A stretch of 64,000 bases of DNA from Malacoraja senta. Lineage: Eukaryota. The stretch spans positions 9,736,001-9,800,000 of the forward strand of contig CM075990.1 in the NCBI GenBank assembly GCA_038087875.1, written 5' to 3'. Shown here piece by piece: positions 38,501-48,177 of the stretch. The notes below the pieces were generated by a model. It did not search any database. It was given only the letters and a program-made list of their open reading frames with translations, and had not been told where the DNA came from. A program made the position numbers and the translations under genes. Positions within the stretch are counted from its first letter, which is position 1. The number at the start of each line of letters is the position of its first letter.

Positions 38501-41500
38501 CCACGCATTGTTAAGATTCTGCTGCATTATTACTCTGGTTATTACTCCAAAAGTGCAAAGATAGAATTGGTCCCTTTGTCTGCACTTGAATTAAATTTAT
38601 TATCCTGGAACAGCAAGAGGGAGCACATCTCTGATGGTTCCTTACAGATCTTGTGACTTTCTAATTTTGCAAATAAGAGGTCATTAAACCACATAATGGT
38701 TTACTCATTTAACATCGCCTGTACTTTTAAGGCTTCATAAACAGGTGGCTGGGTCTGAATTTAATTACAGTTTGGTGAGGGAAAGACATAGATTGGAATG
38801 TGATTATAAATTTCTCTCACCAGGTAAGCACTGCAGCTTGAAACTTTTAAGGCCCTCAAAGCTATAAAAAAGTGAATTTATAAATGTTCAATGCAAAACA
38901 TTTCGTTTGAAAGAATTAGTTCTTAATAAATGTTTGCCAGTGTTAAATTTTGATATTGCATTTTAATAAATGTTTAATTTAGTGCATGTGCAAAAAAAAA
39001 ACCCTGCTGTTGCTTCTGCAGGGAAGACTGACAAGTTTGAGAGATCATTGCAGGAGGTAGACTCTCTATTAGAACAGTCTTTCCGTCTTGAACAGAAGGA
39101 TGACTTGGCTGCAGCACTCAATCTCTGCAATGAAGCTGTGTGTAAGTAACCCTAACTGCCTCTGCTGCTCGCAGACTAAATGCTGTGCTAACCAGTTATG
39201 AAATCCTGCTCACTATAATCTGTTCTTCGCTTGGATAGAAACTGAACCTAAACCAGTTATTCTTTTTTTTTTCTTTATGTGCATGTCAAATTCCCAATTA
39301 GATAATCTACATGTGGAAAAGTTGTCTTGAAATCATTTCATGAATACTTTAAGGAGAATTTTGGTTTTATTTAATTGAGTATCTGGATTTTCAAATTTAA
39401 TATACATAATAAAGTCTTGTTCTTTTAATTGTTCAGAACTATGGAAAGCTATTTAAATAATGTTTATCCTAAAATGCTCTTTTATGAGAAACATTTTATG
39501 TTAACTTCTCATTTGGTTTAAATCAAGGAGGTGCAAAACTAATTTATTTTCTTAAAATATATTAACAATAATTAATCTGACTGGTAAGTTAAAACTTATG
39601 CTGTTTGGTACATTGAAAATACAGATTCTCAGTATTACAAATTAGCAGTTCATTTCACATTTCTTTCATGCTTTTGATCATTTCTATCTTTGAACATGCC
39701 TAATTTCACTGAAGAGTAATGTTTGTGTCACGCATTCACTTTAATTTGGCTTTTGCTCAGCTATGTGGAGTCATGTGTGTTCTTAATAAGATATGTGACT
39801 CATTAAGCATTTGATGTGACATTTGATGATTTTCTTTACAACCATCATTTTGTAATTAAAGCAATGCTGTTCCAAACACCGCTAACATTGCATCAGAGCA
39901 TTTGTGAGTTTCTCATACTTTTATAATTGCATGTTGTTTGAGTCTGCGTGTGCATTTTTTTCTGCTGTTTTGCATTTTAGCTAAACTAAGACTTGCTATG
40001 CATGAAGGCAGTGCCATCACACACAGCAGAGCCCTTGCTGATAAGAAGCTGCATATTTGCATGAAGAAGGTTCGAAGTCTGCAGGAGAGCATGCAACCAT
40101 CCACCCACTCCCCACCAACTGGGGACTCTGTGACTGAATGCAAAAGGTAGTATCCTTAGGATTAAGAGGGGGCAAAATGTCAGGTGAATTAGGTTTGAGC
40201 TTAAAGGAAGTCATCCTGTGAAATAAGACATAGAAAGTTAGCCTTAGTTAAGCAAAATATACAAAAACCACAACAGTAACATTTTTTCAAGATGCCATTT
40301 AAAAAGAGAAATTTGCAGAACTCCTGTGAAGTACTATGGCACTTGTACGAATTAAAGGAGGTTGCTTCTTTGAATCTAAAATTGTAATAAAAAAAAGATT
40401 AGTTGTGCATTCATATTTTTAAGTGATTTTAACAAAGGCTGCGTGGTGTAGGCCATTTCTTTGAGGTTTGTTATAATTTCTAATCCATTTAATCAAAATA
40501 TTTGCAAATGTTTTTTGAAATATGCATGGAGACTCCACAGTGAACAACTCCACTGTAGTTTTCATTTCTTCGTGAATTTTAACAAGAATTGATTTTAACC
40601 TTTTCCTCAGCAATTCCTTAGGTTTACTGCAAAATTACTCTTTTTGAAATAAATTGGATGCTGATATCAGATTTTAATGTGCAGTTTAATTAAACGTATT
40701 TGTTGGTGGAGATGTGCAAGCAATATGTGTGTTGTGTGTGGCCACTGTAAATTATTCACAATAAAATTTTGGAAGTAACACCATTCTTTATTTCAGTATG
40801 CAGGCTGGCCAGGTCCAAATACTGTTAGCATCAGAGAGAGTAATGGAACCCATCAGTGAGCCAGACCACAGGCCCAAACCTTCCCGAGCCCTGCCAGCCT
40901 CCCATCACCAGCTACAAGTCCAACATGCTACCCAGTTACACAGCCCTCACTCCGAATCGCATGGCCAAGCTTCTGCTACATTGACTTCTGAACTAAAATG
41001 GAACCAATCTGCCAGCTATACCAATGAGCTTCCGTCTTTCCACAAATGCAATTGGGTTCAAGGGGAAAAGGTGGAGGAGAAATGTGTAAGTGGTGCAGTG
41101 AATATGTGTCAGGTGAAAAATAATGATGAACCAATGGAAGAGTCACCGGACTGTTTCCCACACAATTACAAACTGAAAATGAACAAACATGGCTCCTTGC
41201 CTTTGCTTACTTCTGAATATGGAGACATAAGTCACACATTTTCCTCACCATCTCCCCACTGTCAGGTGTTGACACCAAGAGATGAAATAGATTTGTATCC
41301 AAAGATCACGCCTCATTCTCTGTATTTCAATTCAAGGCAACTTGAATTGAACACGACTGATACCAGTATATCTCCATCTACAATTTTGTCGTCCACGAAC
41401 TTGAAGTGGACCTCTGATCAATCTTCTACCCCTAAAGCAATTTTGAATTTGGAGTTCAACTCAAAGATTGAAGGTGCCCATTCACCAAAGATCAAGACAA

Positions 41501-44500
41501 CAGTTGATATGGGTAATGTACAGTCAACGACAGCACAGATTCAAAGATTAAATGCAACGCTGGGCCAGGGAAATGAAGATGTTAATTACAAAAGAGTGCA
41601 TTCCAATTCTCGGCCAAAGAAAATGGATCAGGAAGTATTGCAGCTACCTCTGAATAATAATCAACAGGTAGTGTTTCTTCAGAGCAAGGATCAGTTGGAC
41701 AGTGAAAAGTGGCCTATTGACAGCTTATATTCTTCCCAGGTTTCAGATGCACCATTAGATTGTAAAACTGAGGCACCTGCTCCTCTACCAGTACCTTCAT
41801 ACAGACCAAAGACAAATACTGTTGCAAGAGATCTGAGCTGCCATTCTGGTGCATCAGATTTTCTATCTGACCCTCCAACAGATGATACATGTGATCAAAA
41901 ATACCAACGTATTGTCCAGTCACTTTTCGGAGACACCTGTTTAAACAACAACTCTGGTCCGATTAGACAGCAGCATGAACATTCCACAAGTTCTTCTGTA
42001 CCTGTAGACCACTGGATTGATGATATAAGAAAACATTATGTGCCTCGGTCAGATTGCCGAAACAGTGAACAGCAACATCTGCATAATAAACAGCCCAGCC
42101 AAGAAAGTAACACACATGGTCATGGGCAACAAATGCAGCCGATTAATGCTAAAGATCAGGACATACAGCTGGAGTTTTCAGAGCTGGAATCCCTCTATCA
42201 AGCAAGTCTGCATGCTTCGGATAATAGGAGATACTTACCAGGTAGACAATTGGCAGAGAAAGTCACCAGGCAAAGTAGCATTAAACCAGGTAAGAAGATG
42301 CAACATGTAGTGAACAAAAAATATTGCTGCATAGTTTGTGGAAAGTGTGACATGAGTTTGGATGTACTGTTTATGGTATTCAGTAGCTAATGACCAATTA
42401 CCCAAGCATTATAAGTCTCATGTAGGGTCTGAGAATTGGTTTTCTGAGAAGGCACGAAAGCACGACAGTAGGAAAGATCTATTACTTTTCTTAATTACAG
42501 TAAAATTTGGATTAACAATTAAATCTCATTATTACTAGGTATCCTCCTGTCTGCTTCACTATTTTGGTGAGTTTGCAAATCGTTCAAATAGATCTGGACT
42601 GTGGTAAAGAAGATAAATTCTTGATTTTCTTGATTTTTATTCTCCACATTTAGTTTGACCGTCGTTCTACTTACTGGCCCCTATCATTTCCACCCTGTGT
42701 AGCGTGAACTGCTATCAATATACACTTCTTGCAAATACAAAGACCATCTTGTTTTCTTGCAAACTACTGCTTCATTTTTAAACTCTTTTGCCTCAAGTTG
42801 CTGAATATGTTGCCACTACCCAAATCCATATCCCCTTTTTATACCTGATTCAGTTTTAGCAATGATCAGCCATTTAGCATGCCATTTTGACCATGAGCAC
42901 AATTAATCACTTGTGCATCCTGGTCAGTCTGTATTTTCAAAAATGCCCAGTCAAATCTGCTTCGATCATTGCCTTTGAATCACTGTTCTTTTCTCATATC
43001 TTCAATTAATTTCCTATTGATTGTAATACACCATCTTGCAAAGGTGACCGTTCCTGTCTTTGAACTGTTATTTTGGAATCCCTGAGGGTTGACCTTTGAT
43101 CAGCTGTATCTTAACCCTTGATGACATTATTCATTAACATGTACATATCTTACTATGTGCATTATTTTGGTAATATTTGTAAGATAAAAACAGTGGTTGA
43201 ATGGCAGAGTAGACTTGATGGGCCGAATTCTGTTCCTATCACATATGAACATGAACAGTACATCCTTGAAGTACCTAGCCAATCCGCACGTATGAAGAGT
43301 GAAACAGTTAATGCTACTTCCTTCACAGGTGCAGATTGACGTTCTATGCATTTCCAGTATTTTTGTCATTATTCCAGATGCCCTGAATATGTAGTTTATG
43401 GCTTTGCAATTGTTTGTTTTTTTTCTCTCTGCTTCTATCTTTAACACATAATGCCACCATTAGTTTAGTTTGATTTATTTCTGCTAGTTGGTTGTTTGTC
43501 CTTGAGTTTATAGAAAGGTTGTATTATAAGTAACGTATAACATGTACATCTTGGTAAAGGGGATAAAATGACCATTGCTTCAGTGGAATGATTTGAGTAC
43601 AGCAATTTATAATCTCGAATCGCTTAATAAAAATTGCAGAGTAGAATGAAGAAGTTTGGTGATCGTATGAGCTTAAACTGTTCCTTGGCCCACATAAAAC
43701 AATTTCTACTGCAGCTGCAAGTAAAGGACCCCTTTCCCACTGCTTCCTTCCTGGAATATCACCATCCTTCCCAGTCATACTCCCTGTTACCTTTACCTCC
43801 AGATCTTAACTGCATACATGACACATGTTGCCAATCCCCAGCTGTGGATGCACACCTGTCCACATTTCCAACCCTATCTCTGACATTACTATTGCATTTA
43901 TTTATCTTTTTTATCTAATTTCACATAGACTGGCAAACATTTATGTTACAGACTGACATTAGTCCACAGACTTCTTGTTGAGGAACACTAGAAAAGAGCA
44001 CAATTACCAGAGGACCTAGGACCTCCATTGAAATATCTGGGACCTTTTTAGGGGATGCAGTACTTTCATAATGAAGTTGTATGTTTTTTATGGTATAATA
44101 GATCATCCTTTGGAGGCCAATTTATTTAAAATCAATAATCTAACTACACTTGGATACTTTAAATAAAGGAAATGTTAATATTTCTGATGTGTGTGCCAAT
44201 AGTTTCTGCACAAAACGTTACAAGAAAACACTTCTCTCCGCCTGAAAGAGGGCGATCAAAGACTCCGACTGCAGAGATTGAGCGCAGTGCTTATCGAGCA
44301 GCTGTACCAGTGAGCACAAAGGTACGTGATAGCTTTGTAAGACACGGCACTTATTGTTCCTTACCTGTTATAAATTTCATTCTGAATTGAATTGAAGTTT
44401 AATCTGCTTTTAAATATGCAATGCGTTAGGTTCAACTATTTATGTTAAATTGTTGCTTTCTTTCAGGCTGTTCATGTTTAATGGTGCGAATAAATAGTGT

Positions 44501-47500
44501 ATTGGGATAAATTGTGCATATCTAACAGGTTAAAGTCTTCTGTTACCATTTTGAAAGATGTATCTTGATCTTTTAAGATAAAGTTTGATTTATCAAAATG
44601 TTTCCTCTGTCTTGCTTAATTGGGCAAATTAAAACACTGTACCAATCTTCTCGTGAAGAATCAGTGGAATAATCCAAATGAAATAAAAGTGGTTGCATCG
44701 TGGCTTGGTTTGGCAACGTGAGCGTCCAGGAGCGGAAAAGGCTGCAGAAAGTTGTAACCACTGCCCAGACCACCATCGGCTCTGACCTCCCCACCATCGA
44801 AGGGATCTATCGCAGTCGCTGCCTCAAAAAGGCAGCCAACATCATCAAGGACCCAAACCATCCTGGCCACGCACTCATCTCTCCGCTACCATCAGGCAGA
44901 AGGTACAGGAGCCTGAAATCTGTTACATCCAGGTTCAAGAACAGCTACTTCCCCACTGCCATCAGGCTATTAAACTCGCCAACAAACAGACTCTGAACTG
45001 TAACAGCCTATTGCACTTTATCTGCTTATTTATGTATATATTGAACTGAGCTGTTTAAGAAGGAACTGCAGATGCTGGAAAATCAAAGGTAGACAAAAGT
45101 GCTGGAGAAACTCAGCGGGTGCAGCAGCATCTATGGAGCGGAACTGTTCTGTACTTTTGCTCCCAATATTCTGTTGTGCTGCAGCAAGCAAGAATTTCAT
45201 TGTCCTATCTGGGACACATGACAATAAACTCTCTTGACTTGACTTGACTTGACTTGAAAATACTCAGCAAATCAAGCTGCATCTGTGGAGAGAGAAACAG
45301 ATTTAATGCTTCAGGTCAATGAACTCTCATGAAAAAATTGGAAATAAAGCTGTTTCTAATTAATGCATTTTAAGGCTGGTCGAGAAATAGCCATTGATGT
45401 TGAAGGAAAATGAGTCCAGGTGAAGAATATGTATGCATTTGTATCATTGGAAAGCAGCTAGTCAAATTAATTAGGGCATGAGTTAACAGATTTTAGAACT
45501 GTTCTTAAACTGTTGGACTGTTCTCCAGTTTTTACTTTAAAATGTATTTATTTGTACATCTCATTTTATAAGGTGCATTTCAATGAGTTTTCTCCAAGAG
45601 AAAACTTGGAAAATGACAGTTACAGTGCAGATAATTTCCGTCGTATTGCTCGCAGCCTGAGTGGAACCATCCTTGCTCACAGAGAGAATCCTGTGGTTAT
45701 TCCTCACAGTATCGTAAGTAAACCGTCCTGCGGCAACAAAGGCATAAAATGGCACTGAATTGGCCTTGAGTGAATTGAATACATTTTAACCAGTTTATTT
45801 CCTTTGTCTCCGTGAAATGTTTTTTCATTTTGTCATTGTTCGCTTATGTTGGAAGGAAACAACAAATGTGAGAAAACAAGTGGAGCCTCAAAACAGATCA
45901 GTCAGTTCCTCTTCATTGACCACGGCCAAAGGCCCCTCCCCTGATCCTCTTGTGTTAGCCTCCTACCCTCAACATCATCCCTTCCTACCACAACACCTCT
46001 CGTTTGATCCACTGCAGCCCAACATGTCTGGTGATGCAAACAGAGCTTCAGGTAATCCTGCTTGCACAAAATACTAACATTTACGTCTTTTTCAGTGTAC
46101 ATTTGTCCTAAAGTTTGTCTATAAAGCCCTTGTCTAGCTAATGCTAATTTCATATGGTACTATTTCACATATATATTAGTATTAAGATATCAAATTAGGA
46201 TGTGTTTAAACTGTTCACCGTGCTATTCGCGCATGTATTTTGCAACATAAGATTTGTTTGGTCATTTGCTGCCATTCAGCATATGCCAATAAATCGGAAA
46301 ATTGTATAATATTTGACAAGTTTGTGCCATTTATTTTTATTCTGTAGTAAGATTCAAAATGGATAAATAGCTGGAAACACACATGGCAGTCTAGCTGCGG
46401 ATTAAATCCAATGGATCATGAATGACTGCAGTGTTACAGCACACAGGGCAGCAAAGTAGCTCTACAGTTAGCGTTGCTGCCTCACAGATCTAAGATCCTG
46501 GGTTCAGTTGGAAATTCTGTGGTGATTCCCGTGTTCTGATATTATTTCAGCAAATGATTGGTTAGGACAGCCATGTAGAACATAGAACAGTATAGCACAG
46601 TAACAGGCCCTTCATCTCAGAATGTCTGTGGCCACTAAAAATAACCCTATCTGCCTGCCTGTGATCCATATTCCTCTCTTCCCTGCATGTTCATGTGCCT
46701 TTTAAACGTCATTATCATGACTTCTTCCAGCACCCGCCCTGGTAGTGTGTTCCAGGCACCTGCCAATTTCTGTGTAACAATAAACTTGCCCTACATATGT
46801 CTATTAAACTCTCCCCCCCCCATCTTAAACATTTGCATTCCAGTGTTTGATATTTTTACCCCATCTATGTTTCTCATAATTTTATGAAATTCTATCACAT
46901 CTCCTCTTAGCTCCCCTTAGTTGTTGATACCCTTTTGAAAATAATCTAGATTTCTTCAACCTCTCATTATAGCAGATACTCTCTAATCCAGGCGATATCC
47001 TGGTGAACCTCCTGTACACCCTTTTCAAAGCCTCCACATCCTTCCTTTAATGGGAAAACTAGAACTTGCATGCAATACACCTAATGTGTTCAAACCAAAG
47101 TTTTATAAAGATGCAACATGACTTCCTATACTGCTTCAGTGGATGAGTTCTTCAGTGTGACAATCTCCCTGATTAGCAATGTGATTCCTCTTTTATCTCC
47201 TCTGTCATGTTTGAAATATAGTAACCGTCAAAGGCCAGAATATCACAATTCGATGCACTAATCCAGGGTCTAAATTCATCTACCTTACCCATAACATTCC
47301 TTGCATTGCAACGTGTGCACTTCAGCCCATCAGTGCAAACGGTATTTATTTCATCAATGTCTCTATTAGTTATGGTGAATGACTGACGAATCAGTCTGAA
47401 GAATTGGAGTAGAATGTTGTTATTGCTGTTTTGATCTGATCAATATAATGATCTAATTTACGTGTTTTTTTGTCGAAAATAGACAGGAACGTCGAAAAAC

Positions 47501-48177
47501 TACTGGCTGTGTTTGACCGGGGTGAAGCTCTCAACCACGAGAACTACCAGAGTGTTGCAGTGAACTATGGTACTTTGCCACGCTCAGAGAAGAGAATAAC
47601 CTTAGGACAGAGACCCATCAGGAAAGACCAGATTAATGTTGCAAACATAATCAAGCAGAGAATAACTCAAGCAGTTCTTCCTGATAAGACAAAGGTCGAA
47701 CAACTTTGCAAAGATCCACCTAGCATGGCAACACTCAGCAGGTCACCATATCAAACCACACCTGAGGTGCCTGATAGTTTTGACACTTTTCCTGGGAATT
47801 ACAGATTGAGGCATAGCATTGGCCAGAATACTTCTCCAAAAGGCAACTTCATGGCAAATACTTTGGAACCTCAGAAATCTCCTTGCTTTAAGTCTTCAGG
47901 TCCTATCCGTCTTGATGTACCTCCTGATGAGGATTGGAGGAAGGCAGTTTACACCCAGTCTCAGCACAGTGATAGGAGGTGTTTGCCCAGCAAAACTGTT
48001 GCAAGGACCAATGGTACTGGTGTGTATTCAAGGAGACCATCAGCTGAACAGACTACTTCACGACCTGCCACCAGAGGTCGCCCGTGTGCTCTATGCCAGC
48101 TGGTTCTCACAGATGCTGGTGAGGCCTACTGCCAGAACTGCAGTCTGTATATGGCACGATTTAAACCACGACACTAA
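2091..48177 (+). CDS. USP54: Ubiquitin-specific peptidase 54, 5'-partial spliced CDS: join(2091-2204,2886-2968,6865-6970,14459-14605,17869-18018,18827-18992,20660-20830,23547-23702,23859-24552,24983-25116,37430-37603,39022-39141,39981-40146,40797-42289,44203-44321,45573-45713,45856-46051,47483-48177)
   Basis: 18 exons read by hand, all AG/GT bounded with compatible phases, summing to 5025 nt and ending in TAA. The translation matches USP54 as I recall it ([20 protein letters not shown]..., [10 protein letters not shown]...[62 protein letters not shown]). The motifs downstream of the USP domain fit USP54 rather than USP53. Confidence 0.93.
2886..2968 (+). CDS. USP54: USP54 exon (USP domain): [27 protein letters not shown]
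   Basis: ttgcag|TGT ... TG|gtaagc; 83 nt, phase 0/2. Confidence 0.93.
5250..5590 (+). mobile_element. CR1 LINE 3' fragment
   Basis: Degenerate RT C-terminus ([11 protein letters not shown]) followed by CR1-type 3' end gggccgatgggcctgtttcc...ctctatg. Confidence 0.7.
6865..6970 (+). CDS. USP54: USP54 exon (USP domain): (C)[35 protein letters not shown]
   Basis: tgtttag|T ... CCG|gtatgt; 106 nt, phase 2/0. Confidence 0.93.
8185..8450 (-). mobile_element. tRNA-derived SINE with CR1-like tail (V-SINE/HE1-like)
   Basis: Minus strand has ggtggcacagtg (A box-like), ctgggttcgatcct (B box), core tgtacgttctccc...tcctccaggtgctc, and a gggcc...gggcctgttt tail. Confidence 0.7.
8929..9100. mobile_element. 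Short Penelope-derived insertion with fold-back structure and 15-bp TSD
   Basis: Perfect direct repeat AATATCCTATCAATG at 8914-8928 and 9101-9115; interior is the PLE terminal repeat joined to a partial inverted copy. Confidence 0.85.
9297..10258 (+). pseudogene. CR1 ORF1 (CxxC..CxxC Zn finger, leucine zipper, SGNH/GDSL esterase), one frameshift at ~9470
   Basis: CQYCEMWE...[21 protein letters not shown], then after the frameshift [31 protein letters not shown]; stop at 10256-10258. Confidence 0.88.
10348..13201 (+). pseudogene. CR1 ORF2 (APE endonuclease + reverse transcriptase), disrupted by an internal deletion/frameshift at ~10585
   Basis: [35 protein letters not shown] (APE); [41 protein letters not shown] (RT); 854 aa uninterrupted from 10637. 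Confidence 0.92.
14459..14605 (+). CDS. USP54: USP54 exon (USP domain): [49 protein letters not shown]
   Basis: ctttacag|AGC ... GAT|gtaaga; 147 nt, phase 0/0. Confidence 0.93.
16195..16405. mobile_element. Degenerate Penelope-derived inverted terminal-repeat pair
   Basis: ggttcaggcagcatctgtgga ... tccacagatgctgcctgaccc inverted match, with a degenerate gaagggtcc..acctgaaacgtt motif between. Confidence 0.6.
17460..17517. repeat. (TA)n(TG)n microsatellite
   Basis: Direct reading. Confidence 0.8.
17869..18018 (+). CDS. USP54: USP54 exon (USP His box): [50 protein letters not shown]
   Basis: tttgacag|CTA ... GAG|gtaggt; 150 nt; carries the GKHY histidine (17947-17949) and the YFDD motif. Confidence 0.94.
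18827..18992 (+). CDS. USP54: USP54 exon (end of USP domain): [33 protein letters not shown]...CYDSEDS
   Basis: atttag|ATT ... TCA G|gtaatt; 166 nt, phase 0/1. Confidence 0.93.
20660..20830 (+). CDS. USP54: USP54 exon: (G)[56 protein letters not shown]
   Basis: ttttacag|GA ... ACA G|gtacta; 171 nt, phase 1/1. Confidence 0.92.
21430..21800 (+). mobile_element. Possible non-autonomous Helitron-like or other DNA repeat
   Basis: Begins A|TCTCTATATACCTATAAAAG followed by a (TG)n run, CpG-richer than its flanks, and lies between CR1-like fragments. The 3' end was not identified. Confidence 0.3.
23547..23702 (+). CDS. USP54: USP54 exon: (G)[51 protein letters not shown]
   Basis: tgtcccag|GA ... 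GAA G|gtgagg; 156 nt, phase 1/1. Confidence 0.9.
23859..24552 (+). CDS. USP54: USP54 exon: (G)[10 protein letters not shown]...RDWEMESTS...[22 protein letters not shown]...NPF
   Basis: attgtag|GC ... AG|gtaaat; 694 nt within ORF 23834-24556, phase 1/2. Confidence 0.92.
24983..25116 (+). CDS. USP54: USP54 exon: (R)[44 protein letters not shown]
   Basis: tttgaag|G ... CCC A|gtaaga; 134 nt, phase 2/1; PSW..PKS.SSS motif as in USP54. Confidence 0.85.
25608..26112. mobile_element. Old Penelope-derived inverted repeat pair
   Basis: ggagacacaaga...ctggagaaactcagc...gcagcacctgtggg at the left; ctgatgcagggtttcaacttgaaa...cacagatgctgc at the right. Confidence 0.55.
28028..28200. mobile_element. Penelope-derived palindrome (~65-bp arms, 5-nt loop)
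   Basis: 28028-28092 is the reverse complement (with mismatches) of 28098-28163; centre ggtgac-gtttg-gtcacc. Confidence 0.8.
28500..30851. mobile_element. Non-autonomous PIF/Harbinger-type DNA transposon with long subterminal inverted arms and nested insertions
   Basis: TIR AGGGCCTGTCCCACTTGG (28500-28517) vs CCAAGTGGGACGGGCCCT (30834-30851), 17/18 match; TTA TSD at 28497-28499 and 30852-30854; internal arms 28585-28685 + 29441-29500 mirror 30446-30646. Confidence 0.8.
28696..29440 (-). mobile_element. L1/Tx1-type LINE 3' fragment inserted in the left arm of the Harbinger-type element
   Basis: ORF 29072-29446(-): [17 protein letters not shown]...ILKFWK...WSPFIDFL, paralleling the element at 1-1534; T-rich (poly-A on minus) end at ~28696-28712. 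Confidence 0.8.
31495..31890 (+). mobile_element. Rex1/Babar-type LINE 3' fragment
   Basis: [11 protein letters not shown]...PGH...LPSGKRCRS...[17 protein letters not shown], then tgacaataaa and an (aaact)n-like tail. Confidence 0.75.
32852..32982 (+). mobile_element. Young Penelope terminal-repeat insertion with 8-bp TSD
   Basis: Direct repeat TCCCCAGA at 32844-32851 and 32983-32990; sequence is the near reverse complement of 8929-9055. Confidence 0.8.
32854..32881 (+). ncRNA. Minimal hammerhead-ribozyme-like motif in the Penelope terminal repeat
   Basis: CUGAAGA-A-GGGU[CUCG]ACCC-GAAA-CGUC: hammerhead core boxes flanking a 4-bp stem II, palindromic ACGU and a UC cleavage-type site. Confidence 0.55.
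33250..33955 (-). mobile_element. Old Rex1/Babar-type LINE fragments
   Basis: Minus strand reads ...[15 protein letters not shown]; tttattgt.a ends at ~33258 and ~33653. Confidence 0.5.
34701..34815 (+). repeat. Unclassified interspersed repeat, copy 1 (related copy at 62945-63070 on minus)
   Basis: ttcttgcg..ggcgtgcaca.cctaaagttgt...caacttgttct.tttgatct...ggttgattgcatt...gaaacagggtggaccac shared between the two loci. Confidence 0.75.
37430..37603 (+). CDS. USP54: USP54 exon (coiled-coil-like): [57 protein letters not shown]
   Basis: catttag|AT ... CAG G|gtgagc; 174 nt, phase 1/1. Confidence 0.92.
39022..39141 (+). CDS. USP54: USP54 exon (MIT-like helical region): (G)[39 protein letters not shown]
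   Basis: ttctgcag|GG ... GTG T|gtaagt; 120 nt, phase 1/1. Confidence 0.92.
39981..40146 (+). CDS. USP54: USP54 exon (MIT-like region, continued): (S)[39 protein letters not shown]...ECK
   Basis: cattttag|CT ... AG|gtagta; 166 nt, phase 1/2. Confidence 0.92.
40797..42289 (+). CDS. USP54: USP54 large exon (S/P/Q-rich, probably disordered; contains [11 protein letters not shown])
   Basis: atttcag|T ATG ... CCA G|gtaaga; 1493 nt open, in frame with ORF 40798-42390, phase 2/1. Confidence 0.9.
44203..44321 (+). CDS. USP54: USP54 exon: (V)[39 protein letters not shown]
   Basis: ccaatag|TT ... AAG|gtacgt; 119 nt, phase 1/0; SKTxTAE motif. Confidence 0.85.
44686..45257 (+). mobile_element. Rex1/Babar-type LINE 3' fragment, with a Penelope terminal-repeat fragment inserted at ~45052-45140
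   Basis: AWFGN...[12 protein letters not shown]...[36 protein letters not shown]...[15 protein letters not shown]; (GACTT)n tail at ~45236-45256. Confidence 0.85.
45573..45713 (+). CDS. USP54: USP54 exon: [47 protein letters not shown]
   Basis: tttataag|GTG ... ATC|gtaagt; 141 nt, phase 0/0. Confidence 0.9.
45856..46051 (+). CDS. USP54: USP54 exon: [21 protein letters not shown]...[11 protein letters not shown]
   Basis: ttggaag|GAA ... TCA G|gtaatc; 196 nt, phase 0/1. Confidence 0.85.
46575..47130 (-). mobile_element. CR1 3' fragment
   Basis: catagaacagtatagcacag..acaggccctt start, then the reverse complement of degenerate RT C-terminal motifs. Confidence 0.65.
47483..48177 (+). CDS. USP54: USP54 last coding exon: (D)[14 protein letters not shown]...DVPPDEDWR...[30 protein letters not shown]
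   Basis: aaaatag|AC, phase 1; open to TAA at 48175-48177. Confidence 0.9.
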
